Shown here piece by piece: positions 39,741 through 53,500 of a stretch of 64,000 nucleotides of DNA; position 1 is the stretch's first letter; each line of letters starts with the position of its first letter. The translations under genes were made by a program, and so were the position numbers. The notes beneath the pieces are model-generated. The model had not been told where the DNA came from. It saw only the letters and a program-made list of their open reading frames with translations, and did no database searches. The DNA comes from Hydrolagus affinis (Eukaryota). The DNA lies in assembly GCA_012026655.1 (NCBI GenBank), contig JAAILG010001053.1, positions 1 through 64,000 on the forward strand, given 5' to 3'.

Positions 39741-41344
39741 TTTGTTTCCCATTTTCATGTCATAGAATCATAGAATTTACGGCACAAAAGGAGGCCATTC
39801 GGCCCATCTGTGCCGGCTCTTTGAAAAGAGCAGCTACTCAATCCCACTGCCCAGCTCTCACCATTACCTAACAGACCTGTTCTCCCTAAATAAAGATCTA
39901 ATTCGCTTTTAAAAGCTGTTATCGAATCAGCCTCCAGGTCATGCCTTTCTCTTGGACTGCGCTAAGTCATCTTCCACCTCCTCCTGGCTCAGCCTCGGGC
40001 TTGGCCACTGTAAAGCGCTCTGAGACCCCGGCCGGCATGGAGGGTGCTATATAAGTGCAAGTTATTGTTGCTGTTGTTGAAGATAGCTTTATTCAGTAAC
40101 TTCACTTCACGGTACCTTTAAAGAGTTAGACCATGAGGAGCTGACTCACACCTCCCATTACAGCTTGAATCGTGATGCAGCCCGGCAGCTGAATGATATA
40201 AACCTGACAGCAGAGAAGGCTGAGCGGCCAGAGAATAAATCCAAGTCAAAACTACATACATAATATTACAAATACTTCCTAACATTAAGGGTATTGGTAA
40301 CAATATAGAAAGTAAACGAGCTGTGAGAAGATCCCAAAGGTGTGAAGGGAATTGATCAACTGGGTAACATTGTCCGACTACTGAAACAGTTGGTAATCAG
40401 CCATCTATTGTTTTTTCTTCTATTTCATTGTCTTGGATTGTGTCAGCAGTATAACTTTTTAAGGATAAACACGGATGGCCTTGTTTGCACTTTTAGTATA
40501 AACTTACTTGGACGTGCAGTGGAAACTGTAGGCTATATTGTTCCCATCCTTCACAAATTGTTTATGAACCATATCGGACAGAAATAAAGCCACAAGGGCA
40601 TGCGTGAGACAAGAGATGGCAAGAGAGCAAAAGAATGAGAGTGAAAAAGATGGGGAATCTTGCCCTCGGTCAGCCAGCCAAAGACGAGAGGCTTTCAAGA
40701 CACCAGTCACACACTTGTATGAAATCATGAAAGCAAATTTACAGACTATGTAGATGCAAATAAATTTCTCACACACACAAGAAACATTTATGACAAGGTT
40801 ACTGAACAAGAGTAGAAAGATTCTTGTCTGTACATTTATCTCAATGCTAACAGCTACCTCTCTAGCTATCTCAAATCCTGAAGTGTGAGTGCAGGCTAGT
40901 TGCACAGGCAGTGATCCTGCGAGTCTTGAGGCTGGAATCATTGTAGAGCCATCAATTCAGGTCCACAGTACAATTCTAAACAATCAGCTGTGTGCACACA
41001 GGCATCATACACTTCCAATATTACAAGACACCCTTTCAAAATCATTTTTTTGGAGACTAAAAAGATATGGTTCTGATAAGAACATTACTCGAATGTGAAA
41101 CTTGTACTTATATATTATACATATATTTTACACCCACACATATCAATGGAATGCAAAAGCTGACCCTAGAGAAATGCATCCTGTTTACCTAATTCCAGAG
41201 AATTATGAGGACAGGTTGGCAAGAGCTAAGCCTCGGGGACCTCGAAGTGTGGGTTGGGGATATTGAAGAAGATCAACAAGCTAACACTGTTTAACTTGCC
41301 ATTTAGAGCACAGTCTGACTTTCTACTGAAACAAAACCAGAACT

Positions 41345-41490
41345 TACATGTTCTGAGGAAGGGTTGTGAACCTGAAATGTTGACCCCACTTTCCTTTCTC
41401 CATAGATGCTGCCTGACCTGCTGAGTGTTCCCAGTGATTTCTGTTTTTGTTTCAGATTTCCAGCACCTGCAGTATTTTGCGTTCTGGCTT
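41345..41490 (+). mobile_element. Penelope-like terminal fragment, inverted relative to 42270-42700
   Basis: Reverse-complement match to ~42270-42371 (CTCCATAGATGCTGCCTGACCTGCTG...CAGTGATTTCTGTTTTTGTT). Confidence 0.78.
41349..41385 (+). ncRNA. Second, more decayed minimal hammerhead motif
   Basis: GUU-CUGAGGA-A-GGGUU(GUG)AACCU-GAAA-UG-UU-GAC. Confidence 0.5.
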
Positions 41491-42269
41491 TCCACTGCTT
41501 GTCCAGCTAGGACTAACCTATCCTAGAGGTAATGGGAATACACAATAACTCCAAATAATTTAGTCTAATTTCAAATCAATATGGACCCCTGGAGTTGGTG
41601 TGTACATAATGCTAATTCAAGAGTACAGTACTAGAATATAAGAGATCTCATTTAGCAGCATATTAACAACACAAACCATGACAATTACAGAACATCCTGA
41701 ATGTGAATACTCATGTCATTAGGAATGTACAACCTTTAAATGTTTAATGGTTAATCATTTAACATTGTCCTCATTTAAATTGTGCTATTGTGTGTTTAGG
41801 GGGAGTAAAATTGAAAAAGCTCTCCGGGAATCGGGAGATGCAAGCAAACGCTCGTGTTTTAGAAAACTGTCTACTGAAATAATCTTGGTTTGTCATTTCT
41901 TTTAATCATTGGGTTGAACTTTGATTTGTGGAACTTGTATTTAAAGAGAAATCACGGGGGCATTGCTATTTGAAAATCATTTAAGAATAGTCAGGCAGAG
42001 AACACAGCACAAAAAGCATAGGAATTACAGCACAGGAGGTTACTCACACCTATCCTGATGTTAGCTCCTTCACTGGAGCTAACTACTCCACCTCAATTCA
42101 TACAATCAATAACAATCAGGAACCTATTCACAGTATCTGATAAGATTCTAAGGAATGGGTAAAGTATTATTGAAGAGGCAAGCTACTGTGTATTTTTTTG
42201 CTTGATTTTCATCTCCCCCATGCAGTGGAAGCATTGCAATACTGCACAAGAGGACAGAACAAGTCATTA

Positions 42270-42700
42270 ACAAAAACAGAAATCACTGAGAACTACCAGC
42301 AGGTCAGGCAGCATCTATGGAGAAGGGAAAAGTGAGTCAATGTTTCGGATCCATGACCCTTCGTCAGAACTGGGACAATTTGGGAGGGAAGAGGCTTTCA
42401 AGGATTAACAGAGGGAGAGGCTGGGCAAGGAAGACAAAGGAGAAAATGGGGTAGAGGGCAGCAGATGATGGGTTAAAAGAGGTGTTAGTGTTGTGAAACA
42501 AAAGGGTGAATTGCAACAAAACTGGAGAGAGGTGTTAACAACATTAAAAAAGGGGGTGAAATTGCCAAAGAACAGGCAGATCAGATGGTCATGGAAGAGG
42601 TGAGCTGTTATGGCCTGAAATTATTGAAATCAATACTAAGGCCAGAGGCCTGTAAAGTCCCTAGCAGATGGATAAGGTGCTGTTCCTCGAGCTTGTGCTG
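42270..42700 (-). mobile_element. Penelope-like retroelement 3' end
   Basis: 42700-42608 encodes QHKLEEQHLIHLLGTLQASGLSIDFNNFRP*, typical of the PLE GIY-YIG C-terminus. Followed by a pyrimidine-rich UTR and the GATGCTGCCTGACCTGCTG terminal block. Confidence 0.8.
42335..42371 (-). ncRNA. Minimal type I hammerhead ribozyme motif (PLE-associated, possibly decayed)
   Basis: AGUU-CUGACGA-A-GGGUC(AUG)GAUCC-GAAA-CA-UU-GACU: core boxes, 5-bp stem II and 4-bp stem I. Confidence 0.6.
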
Positions 42701-44374
42701 TCATTAGTCGTTAGTTCATCTCCACTTCCAAAAGGCAGGTTAATGTATGGTCCCTTTAGGGCAAGGTATGACTGGTGGACACACTATGCGGAAAGATTGT
42801 AAATCCTTTCCAGTTCCAACTGTGCACAAACGAGCATGAAAAAAAACTAATTAAAAAAGACGAGCATTTTTTCTGCTTTGTGACTGGTGCCCGTCAGCCT
42901 CATGAATGTTGGTGCTTGTGGTGTCACAATGTACCTCTTCCTGTAGCAAACATTGATTACTTAATGTTCCTGGTGAAATGACCCACACATTTATTCACAT
43001 ATTAATACAAAGGCCTATGTGTTTGGTCCATACTCCATCATGTGCTCAGAAAAAAAGCTCTACAGAAACAGTCACTGTTACTCTCAGCTATTTGCACACC
43101 CTTTCAAAGTGAGAACAATATCTTTACAATATAATGTTGATTCACAGAGATTCTGTACTCTTTGCGAGTGTCAGGTGTTGATCTGAGACTCGCATGATAA
43201 AACGTCATTTGAGGAACAATACATTTTGTGCTCTTAGCAGCATTCTGTACTTTAAGAATGACTGTTAACATATTAGGGCCCTTGGTCACTGACATGAACA
43301 AACTGGAGCATTGAACAATGTTTTATACCAAAGTTTCAAAAGATGGCAAAAATATATCACATAACCTGATGAATTTGAACACAGGCTTCATGATCTTTGC
43401 CCATTAACTCAAGGGTGCCATCTCAATTATTATAATATTTCCAATCTCTTGCAAGACATACTGTTGGCCAGACATTGTGAAAGCAGCTTTAGCCAAGAGT
43501 TAAAACACCACAATGATAAACACTGAAGATACAAAGATAATATCTATAAAAATGTGTTAAAGCCACTAGTCTGACCAAACATTCCTGCGGCTATGGACAT
43601 TTGCCCAAAAGGGTTACTGGTTGGATCCAGTGGCTCACATTAGTGTAATCCATTGACCCTGTGTAAAATATCGACACTACATTCAAATTGAAGAACAGGG
43701 TCTACAAAAATGTAATATCCTGGCAGTAATTATGCACAAATGGTCAGATATACAGCTCAGGTCACAGAGGCAGCAATTAATCCAATCCAAAGGTAGAATT
43801 ATTCTACGTAATCGCAGCTTTTAACTGTACGCAATGCTAGTGGAGTCATTCCTCCAACTTTCTCAGGTTGGGTACCCATCATCATTCACTTAATTTTTTT
43901 TACTTAGGGACTCACCATAACAGACGCTCAGAAACAAAGAGAGACTGAGCTCTCCCGAGTCAGGTGTGATATGACCAAAGGAGATCAGATATCTGACCAA
44001 GGAACAATTCATCTAAATCTGATGGTCTGAGCATCACTTTGGATGATGTCTGTGAAGTGACCAAAGAGCTCCTCCACCTCACCCGTTATCACAGGGTGTT
44101 GTAACGGTGAATATATTGCAGCTAAACTAAATTTGGGATTTCAGGATCTTCCTAACCCACCCTGAAGAACTTTGTATAGCACAGCTCACCTAACCCCGTC
44201 ATGGTGGCCAACATCCATTTGATACCTACAGTCCCTGAAGGAAAAAAGCTCCCACAGAATCAGGCTTAAATTCACCTCAAATAACAACTTGTGTAAAATA
44301 GTTCCTGCGACAATATAACAATTTTGGTGCCTTATTACATCGTCAAAATGTCCCATAGTTCTTCAAAAGATATA

Positions 44375-44631
44375 CACTTAGTCCTCGCTTAATGTCGCAG
44401 TTGTGTTCGCGAAAAGTGCAACTTTAAGCGAAACAACATTAAGCGAACCCGCACAAGAATACCGGATGTTCAGCGTCTATGTACGCCTACGCTACCCAAA
44501 GTAGTTTGTTTCCACCCACACAAACGACGTAATAGCGAATGTCACGACGTTAAATGAATATATATTCCCCTACGTATCAGCGACATAATAATGAAACGTT
44601 GAACGAATCACTGGTAAGCAAGGTCTACCTG
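44375..44631. mobile_element. Tigger-type MITE nested in a SINE tail
   Basis: TA flanks; degenerate TIRs CACTTAGTCCTCGCTTA / TAAGCAAGGTCTACCTG; internal TAAGCGAA subrepeats. The flanks rejoin into the SINE 3' sequence. Confidence 0.75.
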
Positions 44632-47409
44632 TACTTTAAAAGAGTGTATTTTGTGGGCAATTCTGGCACTAGCAGCAAGGTGTCCAACCTGCTTTATAAC
44701 AGCAATTGTTCTGCTTTTTTTGAACGTGAAATATAGTCAATACGCTTTCTGCAGTAAAATCCTGTGGAGTGCTTTGAGATACCTTGATGACTTGATTATG
44801 TGCTATATCAAATGCATGGAGGTTTTTTGATTTAAAAAGTGGTCACTCAGTCCACGACTATTTGTACGGCACCGCTTTGTGCAATTGCCTGCTGCGTTTC
44901 ACCCACAAAATGCCTATCTATTTTGCAATATATTCTGTGAAGCACTTTGAAATGTGTCAATGATGTAACAGCTGCTATATCAATGTGAGGATTATTATTA
45001 TAATATCAGCAGCAAGTAAATGAAGCCAGGAATCCCAAGCAAGCTTCAATAGAATGGAGAAAGTAGAACCCAGTAAGGCAGAGCCCCGAGAAAGTTAATA
45101 ACACACCCACGGTCACTTGATACAAGTTGTACAATACACTCTTTGTGTTTGTGGGTGTTTTTTGTGGGTGGAAAGAGAAGAAAAAAGGGTGAAAGATTTA
45201 ATTAATACCATGCAGCTCCGCTCTGGTTATTTAATGGTGTTCATGGTGACATAAACAAATGTAAATTGGTCAGACAGACCTGACTGTGAGAAAAAAAGTA
45301 AGCAGTGCTGTCAGCCCGTGCCTCCGGAACACTAAAGAGTGCTGACGCTGCAACCCGCTCACTCTTTTACACTTAAGTTTACATTGATGCCAAGATCGGT
45401 TTTGTCAACAGGTTTGAAGGTTTTGTAACCAGCACCTTGGGACGTCCTCCTGAAGGGCACTATACAAATGTAATCTGTTGCTGTTGCACCAACCATGATC
45501 GCACAAAGACACTGATGATGTCCTCTGTAGCTGAACAGTTTTCGGTAGTTCCAAACTAGATTGTGTAGATGAACTTGCATAATATGATCGTGTAATGTTT
45601 CAAACTCACTGACTCTTCCCCACAACAGCTTCATCTGGCCATGTGAGATGAGCAGCTCTCACCATTAGAAAGCCAGCGTTCAGAGAGATGCTGACTACAC
45701 AGGAGTGAATGAATGTTAAATATAACTCTAGCAGAGTACATACAAACTGAGTCGCCATACACTTTGGGACGAAACGCATTGCAAGCTTCAGATAGTGTTC
45801 ACAGCCATGTGACCTTCGTTCTTGTACATTTAGGCAGTCATTCGAACCCCTGTTGAGTTACTGCATCGAGCATAATGCAACCCAAGCATTATTCTACACA
45901 TCCAGATTGTCGTGCAAGACCAGGCACACAAATGTACCAGGAGATGTACCAAAGAGCAACTGTTCTGGAGATGGTGGCTGTCTACAATTCCTGCGTTAGG
46001 GAACAAGAAGCTGTTCTTCCCTCTTGAAGCATTTGTCGAGCTGATCCAATGCTATCAGTCAATTGCAGTTACTTCGTATTCAAAGCTCCACCGACTCAGA
46101 TAAGAAATTACACAGCCAGACCTAGCACGGGTCTATAAATTCTCAATTGAATGTTACATAGTGTGTGCATAAACAGACTAATTTAATTAATTAGGAGAAC
46201 AGGGAAGACAGTTCTCGGTCTATATTAGCTTGTGGTTCCTCGTGCAATGTTCTTACTGTGTATAACCTGCATGAAAACATTTAACTGAATCTGAAGCCTA
46301 GGGACTCAAACACAGCTGGAGCCAGGCTGCTAGACTGTGGAGGTGTGAACAGAGTGAGGTAATTGGAAAACACTTTTACAGCCCAGGTCCACAATCTAGA
46401 ATCTGGCTTTATGGTGCTCAGTAATAACACATCAGCTGATAAGTGCTAATATAGCAATCAGTTAACATTATCCACAAAAAGATTAATGTTCACAGCGCAA
46501 TCATTGGAGCACAAGTCGATTTGGATTAAACTTTATTGTTCAAGGAGAAAAGGGACAGATTTTGATTGGAACCATACCAGGTTCCCATTACAGGATCAGC
46601 ACCCGATGCCATGTGGTTGGTTTCATGTCCTGAATGCTTTTGCAATCAATTGTTATGAAAGAGCCCAGTTTTTAAACTGAGCTGTGTTTCTGTGGCAGGA
46701 GTGGTCTACTGTTTTGATAAGGAGAGAAGCGGCGTGGGGTGGGGTGGGGGGGAAGGAAAGAGAGGGAGAGAAAGAAAGAACAAAGATATTAGCTTTCACT
46801 TCCTAAGTACATTAACTGGAGGGAAACTAGTCAAAATGTCCTTCCTACATCATTCAAACATCTCAATTCTACCTGACAGATTAAAGAAATAGAAAGTGAG
46901 GGCACACATTCCTTTCTTCGCTCATTGTTATTTTTGGACCGAAACACTGATTGTCCAGCGCCTTGGGAAGTCCTCCCAACGTGAAAGGTGCTATACTATA
47001 CGACTCTAATTTTGTTGTTGTCTCTCTTCAATGTTCAGTTCGTTCTAAATTAAGACCATTTATTTTACGTAGCTGGGTTACTTCTCTGGAGTACAAACAA
47101 AACACGCGATGATGGTAGGTTCAGGTGACTACAGTACAATCAAATTCTAGACACATGTCCATCTTTCCACCAGCAACAGCCAACCCACAATGTCAACGTT
47201 GGGAACAACTGCTTCATTAATCAGAAATACAGTGCCAGTGGTACAGAGCTTGCATCCAACCAGGGGAAGAAGGATTCAAGTGCTAAAGGCTGCTTGACAT
47301 TACATTCCACCCACGTCAGTCAGCTGATTGCTGTCTTTTTAGTCAGAACATACTGGCACAGACAAGCTTCCAGCAAAGTTCACAGCCCACACATCACCTG
47401 GTCTCCTCT

Positions 47410-47525
47410 CGCACATACACACACACACGACATACCCCGCACACGAAGTACCACGCGTGCATGCCACGCACACCACGTACACCAAACGTGCACGCGCCTA
47501 CCCACGCCACGCGCGCACACACCCA
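47410..47525. repeat. Degenerate CA/CG-rich microsatellite
   Basis: Interrupted (CA)n with many CpGs. Confidence 0.75.
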
Positions 47526-50500
47526 AGCATCACAAAACATTTACTGTCAAACTGCTCCTGGAGATAGTTCCACACGACTTGAAGGTCAGCCCACTTCTAT
47601 TCTTTCACTCCCTGGTTTAAGCACATTAATTTTTTCTTTCATTGTCCAAGCATTATGTATACTGTATAATGTTTGTACAAATATGTGTAGAACTCATTTG
47701 GTGCTGAACATCTCACTTTGTATTATTCCTACTGGGGTTCCTGGTCTATCTTTATACATACATAAAAAGGATACCACATAGCATCTTGTTGCAGGTAATG
47801 GAGTGGCTGTGGGATGCAACATGGTATAAAGATAAGTGTCCACTGAATGAGTTCACAATATCAGAATTAAGTGATGCTCATACTCAAAAAAAAACTGAAA
47901 CAAACCCCCCCCATTTTAATACAGTGCTGCCAGCTTGGAATAGAAAACATCAATCCCGCTATTAATATCATGAGCCTGTTATAGACAGACTGATGCAATG
48001 GACTCATGTTACTGTCACCTAAAGAAATCCTAAGCAATATTTTAGTAAGATCTTCACTACAACTTTGCTTAGAAATGCTTAAGGCCATGTGGTCACATGT
48101 CATACAGATTTATGTGATTGTCCAGCGCCTTGGGACGTCCTCCCGACGTGAAAGGCACTATACAAATGTAGTTTTATGTCATTTTGTATCATCCCCCAAT
48201 TACATATATTGTGGCTAAAAGTATGGTAAATAATATTCTAGACGTCTCAAAGTGCTTCACAGAATATACCATAAAGTGAATTGACTGTATACTTGTGAGC
48301 AGTACCTGGGAATACAGGCCAGGAAGCTTCCAGCTCTAACTTTGAATCTGTGTGGAGTTTGGTCTGAGCTAACACCCATACATCAGTACCTGGACATCAC
48401 AGATTAGGTTAAGTAGGGAGTCAAGGGAATGGTAAATTCAGATATTGTCAATGTTCATACTCTTGCTATCCAGCTGTAAGAACTTGAGGGTTCAGCGAGG
48501 ACAGAAATCCATCTCAGATATAATTTTGTGCACTTCCACCTTCCATCCTCTCTCCCTACCCACTCACATCATAAATACAGAAACACACACCCACCCACCA
48601 GTCTCTCATTGTCAACTGCCTCTTCAGTAAGGTATCTGACATCCTTTTATGGTACTCCACACAAGTAACCTCCTTAACAAAAGCCACACTCATTAATGTA
48701 CCAACTGCACATCCTACAAATCTCAGAATCTCTTTCTCCCCACATCCTATCAACTCAGCAAATCACTCTCCTACCCCCCAAAAAAAACCCTATTCAATGT
48801 AAAACTCAAAAAGTTCTGACTAGAATACTCAGAAAACTGCAAGCATAAAATGCAGTTATGTTTCAGCAATGAGTATTTTAAAATTGAGCCTACATTTATG
48901 CCTCGCTGTTGGAAGCCAAATTAAATCTAAAACTGCACTTATTGCTCTGAACAATGGACAGAGCTAAGTACACACTTTAACCCTTTGAGGACCACTCCAG
49001 GGTTCCAGCCACAGTGCAATCCGCTTTGACAGAACAAAGCTCGATCAGTCTCTTTCACTCACTGGTATTCAGGGGACAGAATTCACACATAAGTTTGTGG
49101 ATGATGTACTGCAGAATCTTCAGCTGTATTTTAAGTATTCCTAGAGAAAGCCAGTCATCGGGGAGTTAAATGCAATAAATTCACATTCACTAGCACATTT
49201 AATTAGAATTTGCCAAAATGTGCCAGCCAAGGCCAACACTCAGTAGTGCCAGCTAAATAGTGTGGTCTGCTAACAGATCTCTTTATTCCAAACATGCAAC
49301 TCTAATCCTGCACCAGACTGTCTGTTCAAAGACACATTATTCAAAGTTCTCAACTGCTCCTTAACCAATGAAACAAAGCTTGTCGATGACATAGAAACAT
49401 TCAAATATTCTGGAAGTTTTAGGAGGACTTACCTCTAAGCACTCCTCTGCAAAACAAGTCCAGACAAGCGAAGCGACTGCCTCTGTTGACTCAGCAGGTT
49501 CTGGCTTTGTCTCCGAATCCTGCACCACTTCAGTCACAACTCAAACAATGAATAGGCCAAGGACCACCTTCCCAAACTGCCGCTCTGACACAATCAATCT
49601 GCATGCTCAGTGCCTTTTAGGTTACCAAAGGGTTACAGAAAGCGATGGGGCGTGGGCGAGGATAATGTCTTGTGAATGATAACTCTCTGAGCATCTTATA
49701 GGAAAAAAAACATAATTATATGAATGGGAGGGAAAGCACTGAAATAAACAGTTTCCAAAATATAAAAATTAAATTTTTTAAAAATAATAATCCTTCCAAT
49801 CTGGATGTCTTTAGAAATTCCACTTCCTTCACCCTTGAAACAGGCAGTCCTTCCCAACCCTCCATTTTGTTTTTGCAGGTCGAGGAAGCTGAGCTGCTGA
49901 GGTTCTGGGAATTGGAATGCTGCATCCAAACTGAACCCAAAGAAGCAAAGAAGGAACAACTACCATTTTGACTAGTTACACCAATCACTCGTTCGTGTCA
50001 ATGAATGTGCTTTATATTCAAGCTTTCACTTGTGTTAATGCATTAGGTAATGGGGTCAATGACAATGGGGAGACTGAGAGCTACAGTAGGCTAAGAAATC
50101 CACCATCATATGATCTTCCTTGTTTGAGAAGGCAGGACTGATCAGTCCACAAATAAGTGAAACCTCACTCCTTGATTAACTGACAAATGATAAACTCTGT
50201 AAAACAAAATCCTGAGAGACGAGCCGCGGGTTAACATGCTGCCCTCTCGCCTCCGGATCCTAGATTTCAACTTCGTGCAAAATGATGCAAATGAAGTCTC
50301 CGTTCTCTGCCAATTGAAAGGATCCTATATTAAACTAAGTTATTACGTAGAGATTAGCCTCCTAGTTTGTGAGAAAAAAAGGAAAAACAAATATCCATTT
50401 ACTCTGAGCAACTTGTATATACTGTTAATGTACTGTTAATATCTGGTTGGTAACAATAGTGGAGAGGTAGGAGCAGTTGTACAGCTCTTGCAGGTGTCAA

Positions 50501-53500
50501 CCTTCCTCAGTTGGAAGCACTTTCGTCTCTCAGGCAGCAAGCACTCTCGCCTCCAAGTCAGAAGGTTGTGGATTCAAGACCCATGAGCTTCTAGTCTAGT
50601 CAAATGCAGTGTAGGAATCTTGGCATCTTGTTTGATCCTAAACTATGCTTTCTACCCCACATCAGTGCCACGGCCTGCTCTGCCTTCCCCCATCTCCTCA
50701 ACATCACCCAGCAATGATCGTAAACGAATGTAATGTTGTTGCTGGGAGAAATGCAGCATTGTAAAAGGTGCCTCCTTTATTTGAGATACTGAACTGGGGT
50801 TCTATCCTACTCTTCTGGTGGGTGTTAAAAAGATTCCATGGAATCTAATCTCCAGATTAAAAATTTATGATTGTTTATTGCAAGACTGTTTGTGGGACTT
50901 TGGGGTGCAGATATCAGCAACCGTGTTTGCTTTCAAATGTACACTTTACAGAAAACTCTGAAGTTCTTTGTGATGTTGACATAATAAAGCACAATATCAA
51001 ATGCATAAAATATCATTATCCTCCCAACAAGTAATACGTCAAGTGGAATTATTGGGGGGGAAAAAATGACTGCCCCTTTTCCATCTTGATAATGCTCTAT
51101 AATAAACAATACAACAAATCAACAGACATGTACGACAAAGGCTGCTTTTCCAAAATTACTAATCTAACTGATGGCTGGCAGGAGAGGAAAAGGAAGCAAG
51201 AAGAAACACTACTCTTAATCTTGCGATTCCCTGTACCAAATTACCTACACCAGGCATGCATTTTGCAGGACAAGATAAACTAACACCCCATTCATCACAT
51301 CCCGTCAGCCATGATCAAACAGAATGGTGGAACAGACTCAAGGGGCTGAATGCCCTACTCCTGTTCCTATGTACCCAGATGAAAGTACAAGTATAGGACA
51401 TGAAGGCAGTGGGAAAGGGCTAATTAGACAAATAGAAAAGTGGTCACATGCAAAAAGTTATTGATTTTGCGGAACAGTGCAGTATTGTAATGAAAACAAA
51501 GGTCGATGACGAGCTCAGTGTGTACCTGGTAAGACCACAACATGAATAGATTCCAATAATGTGCGCGTAACCCCCAAATGTGATCACCCTGAGTGCGATT
51601 ACCAAGACATTGTAAATCTCCAGTAATCTGGTTATAAATACAATATCTCATATCCAAAAATGTTATGATCACAATTTAAAAGGCCCACGATTAAAAAAAA
51701 GTCCAGTGGTCCTGCTTCTGTCTTATCAGATGGCCATTAGCATCTCTTCCAACTTGGATGGCCTAGCTTCCTAAAAGCCAAGCAATGAGCCACAACTGCC
51801 CGTGAGCACTTACACTTCCAGGAGCTGCATGTCAAGAGAAGACCCACACTATAAGCCAACATGTGCTCTGTCTAGCCAGGTGCTTATCAGTGTCATTCTG
51901 CATAATAATCATCAACCATTGTGGCAAATGTAATCCGAAATGAAGAAAGGAGGAATTAATACTGGTTAAATAATCGCACTCTCTCATTAATAAATCACAC
52001 TGTAAAAAAAATTATAGTCCTTATGGTGATTTACCTATGGTCCTATTCTGTTATACAATAGTTCTTTTGAACATTATTGTTGGAAATAACTATTCAGCAA
52101 CTCAGATTTAATGAATTAAGTTTCATATATTTCATATTTTGCAAATGTATATATATATGTAAAATTCCACCAGCAAACAAATTTAAAAATGCTATAATTC
52201 CATTACCTTTGACCCATTTTGCAAATTGGTGTTCAGTCATATGATGGACATTCATGACACAAGATTATTCAAAAAAGGTTATTCAACTTTTAGAACATAA
52301 TTACCTAACCTTCAAAATGTCACAATATTGTACTTCTGACAATGTTTATTTTGTACAAGGAGCGGCAATAAAAACAGAATCATTTGTGTTATTAAGGATT
52401 TGAAATGTTCCAATTAATGTGCAATGGACCCATATGATTTTTGCTCTATTTTAGTGTTTGCTTTCAGGGCTCTCCTACTTGCTCAGTGGAAAAATACTGC
52501 CTGCTGTGACACCGAGATAGACAGACCAAGAAGGTTCCATATTTGATCTTTGGTGCAGATTTAAGATGTTCGGCCAGGCACCAGTGATCCCATCCCAGGA
52601 AGGGAAAATGGCTTCTCACATTTCTCTCTTGATCGCTATCAAGACACTCCTGCTCCTCTTTATGTGTGATTAAGTCGAAGGTAAGATTGAGAACAGCTCC
52701 AATGTTCACTGGCTAGTGCGTTTAGACTCATTTATCAGACAGGAGACACCAGAGGACTTCAGGCATCCATATAATTTCAGTTCAGGATTATTCCAAGCCA
52801 TCAAATAAGCAGGCAAGAAAGAGAATACAATTGGAAACAAAGCGCTCGACACAGAAACGTCATTACATTTCAAAGTTAACGCAAACCTCAATCTATGTTG
52901 GTAGATGCAGAAACAGTAAAGTACTTGGTGGACATTTTAATGAAAACTCATCATCTAGTTCTGTATGAATTCAAGAGAGAAATAAAACTCTCTAAAATTC
53001 TCTGGTTACTTTCTCGATGAAAAAGTGTAGTTAAAGCTACAACATCTTGGTGTGTAAACAGCCCATAAAGAAAGACTCCAAGTGCATATCTGCCAACTTT
53101 TCTCCATTTTAAAGAAACGGTTTACTAATGACTCATAGATTTGGAGCTGTGCCCACCAAAATCCGTCTTTAAATACCTACTCTAAGAAAAATCAACCCAA
53201 ATAACATACCACAAAAAGCCCTTGACGTAGCATATGTGTTCACTCCCAACACATTGTTAAGTTGATAGGAGAAAGGAGTTCAGAACATTTTCCTTTTTGT
53301 AAATGATGGGTGGGAGGAGGGGATGAAAATGACCTCCTCACACAAATCTAAAGTGCTAGTTAAAGAGCACTATAGGCAAGACTCGGATACCGGAGCCCTC
53401 CTACACTGGGAAGAAAGAGGTTTAGTGTGTGAAAAAGAAAGCCCCTTTTTTTAAAAAAAAATATTTTTTGTAAATCTGCACACTGCCCTACATTATCGAT

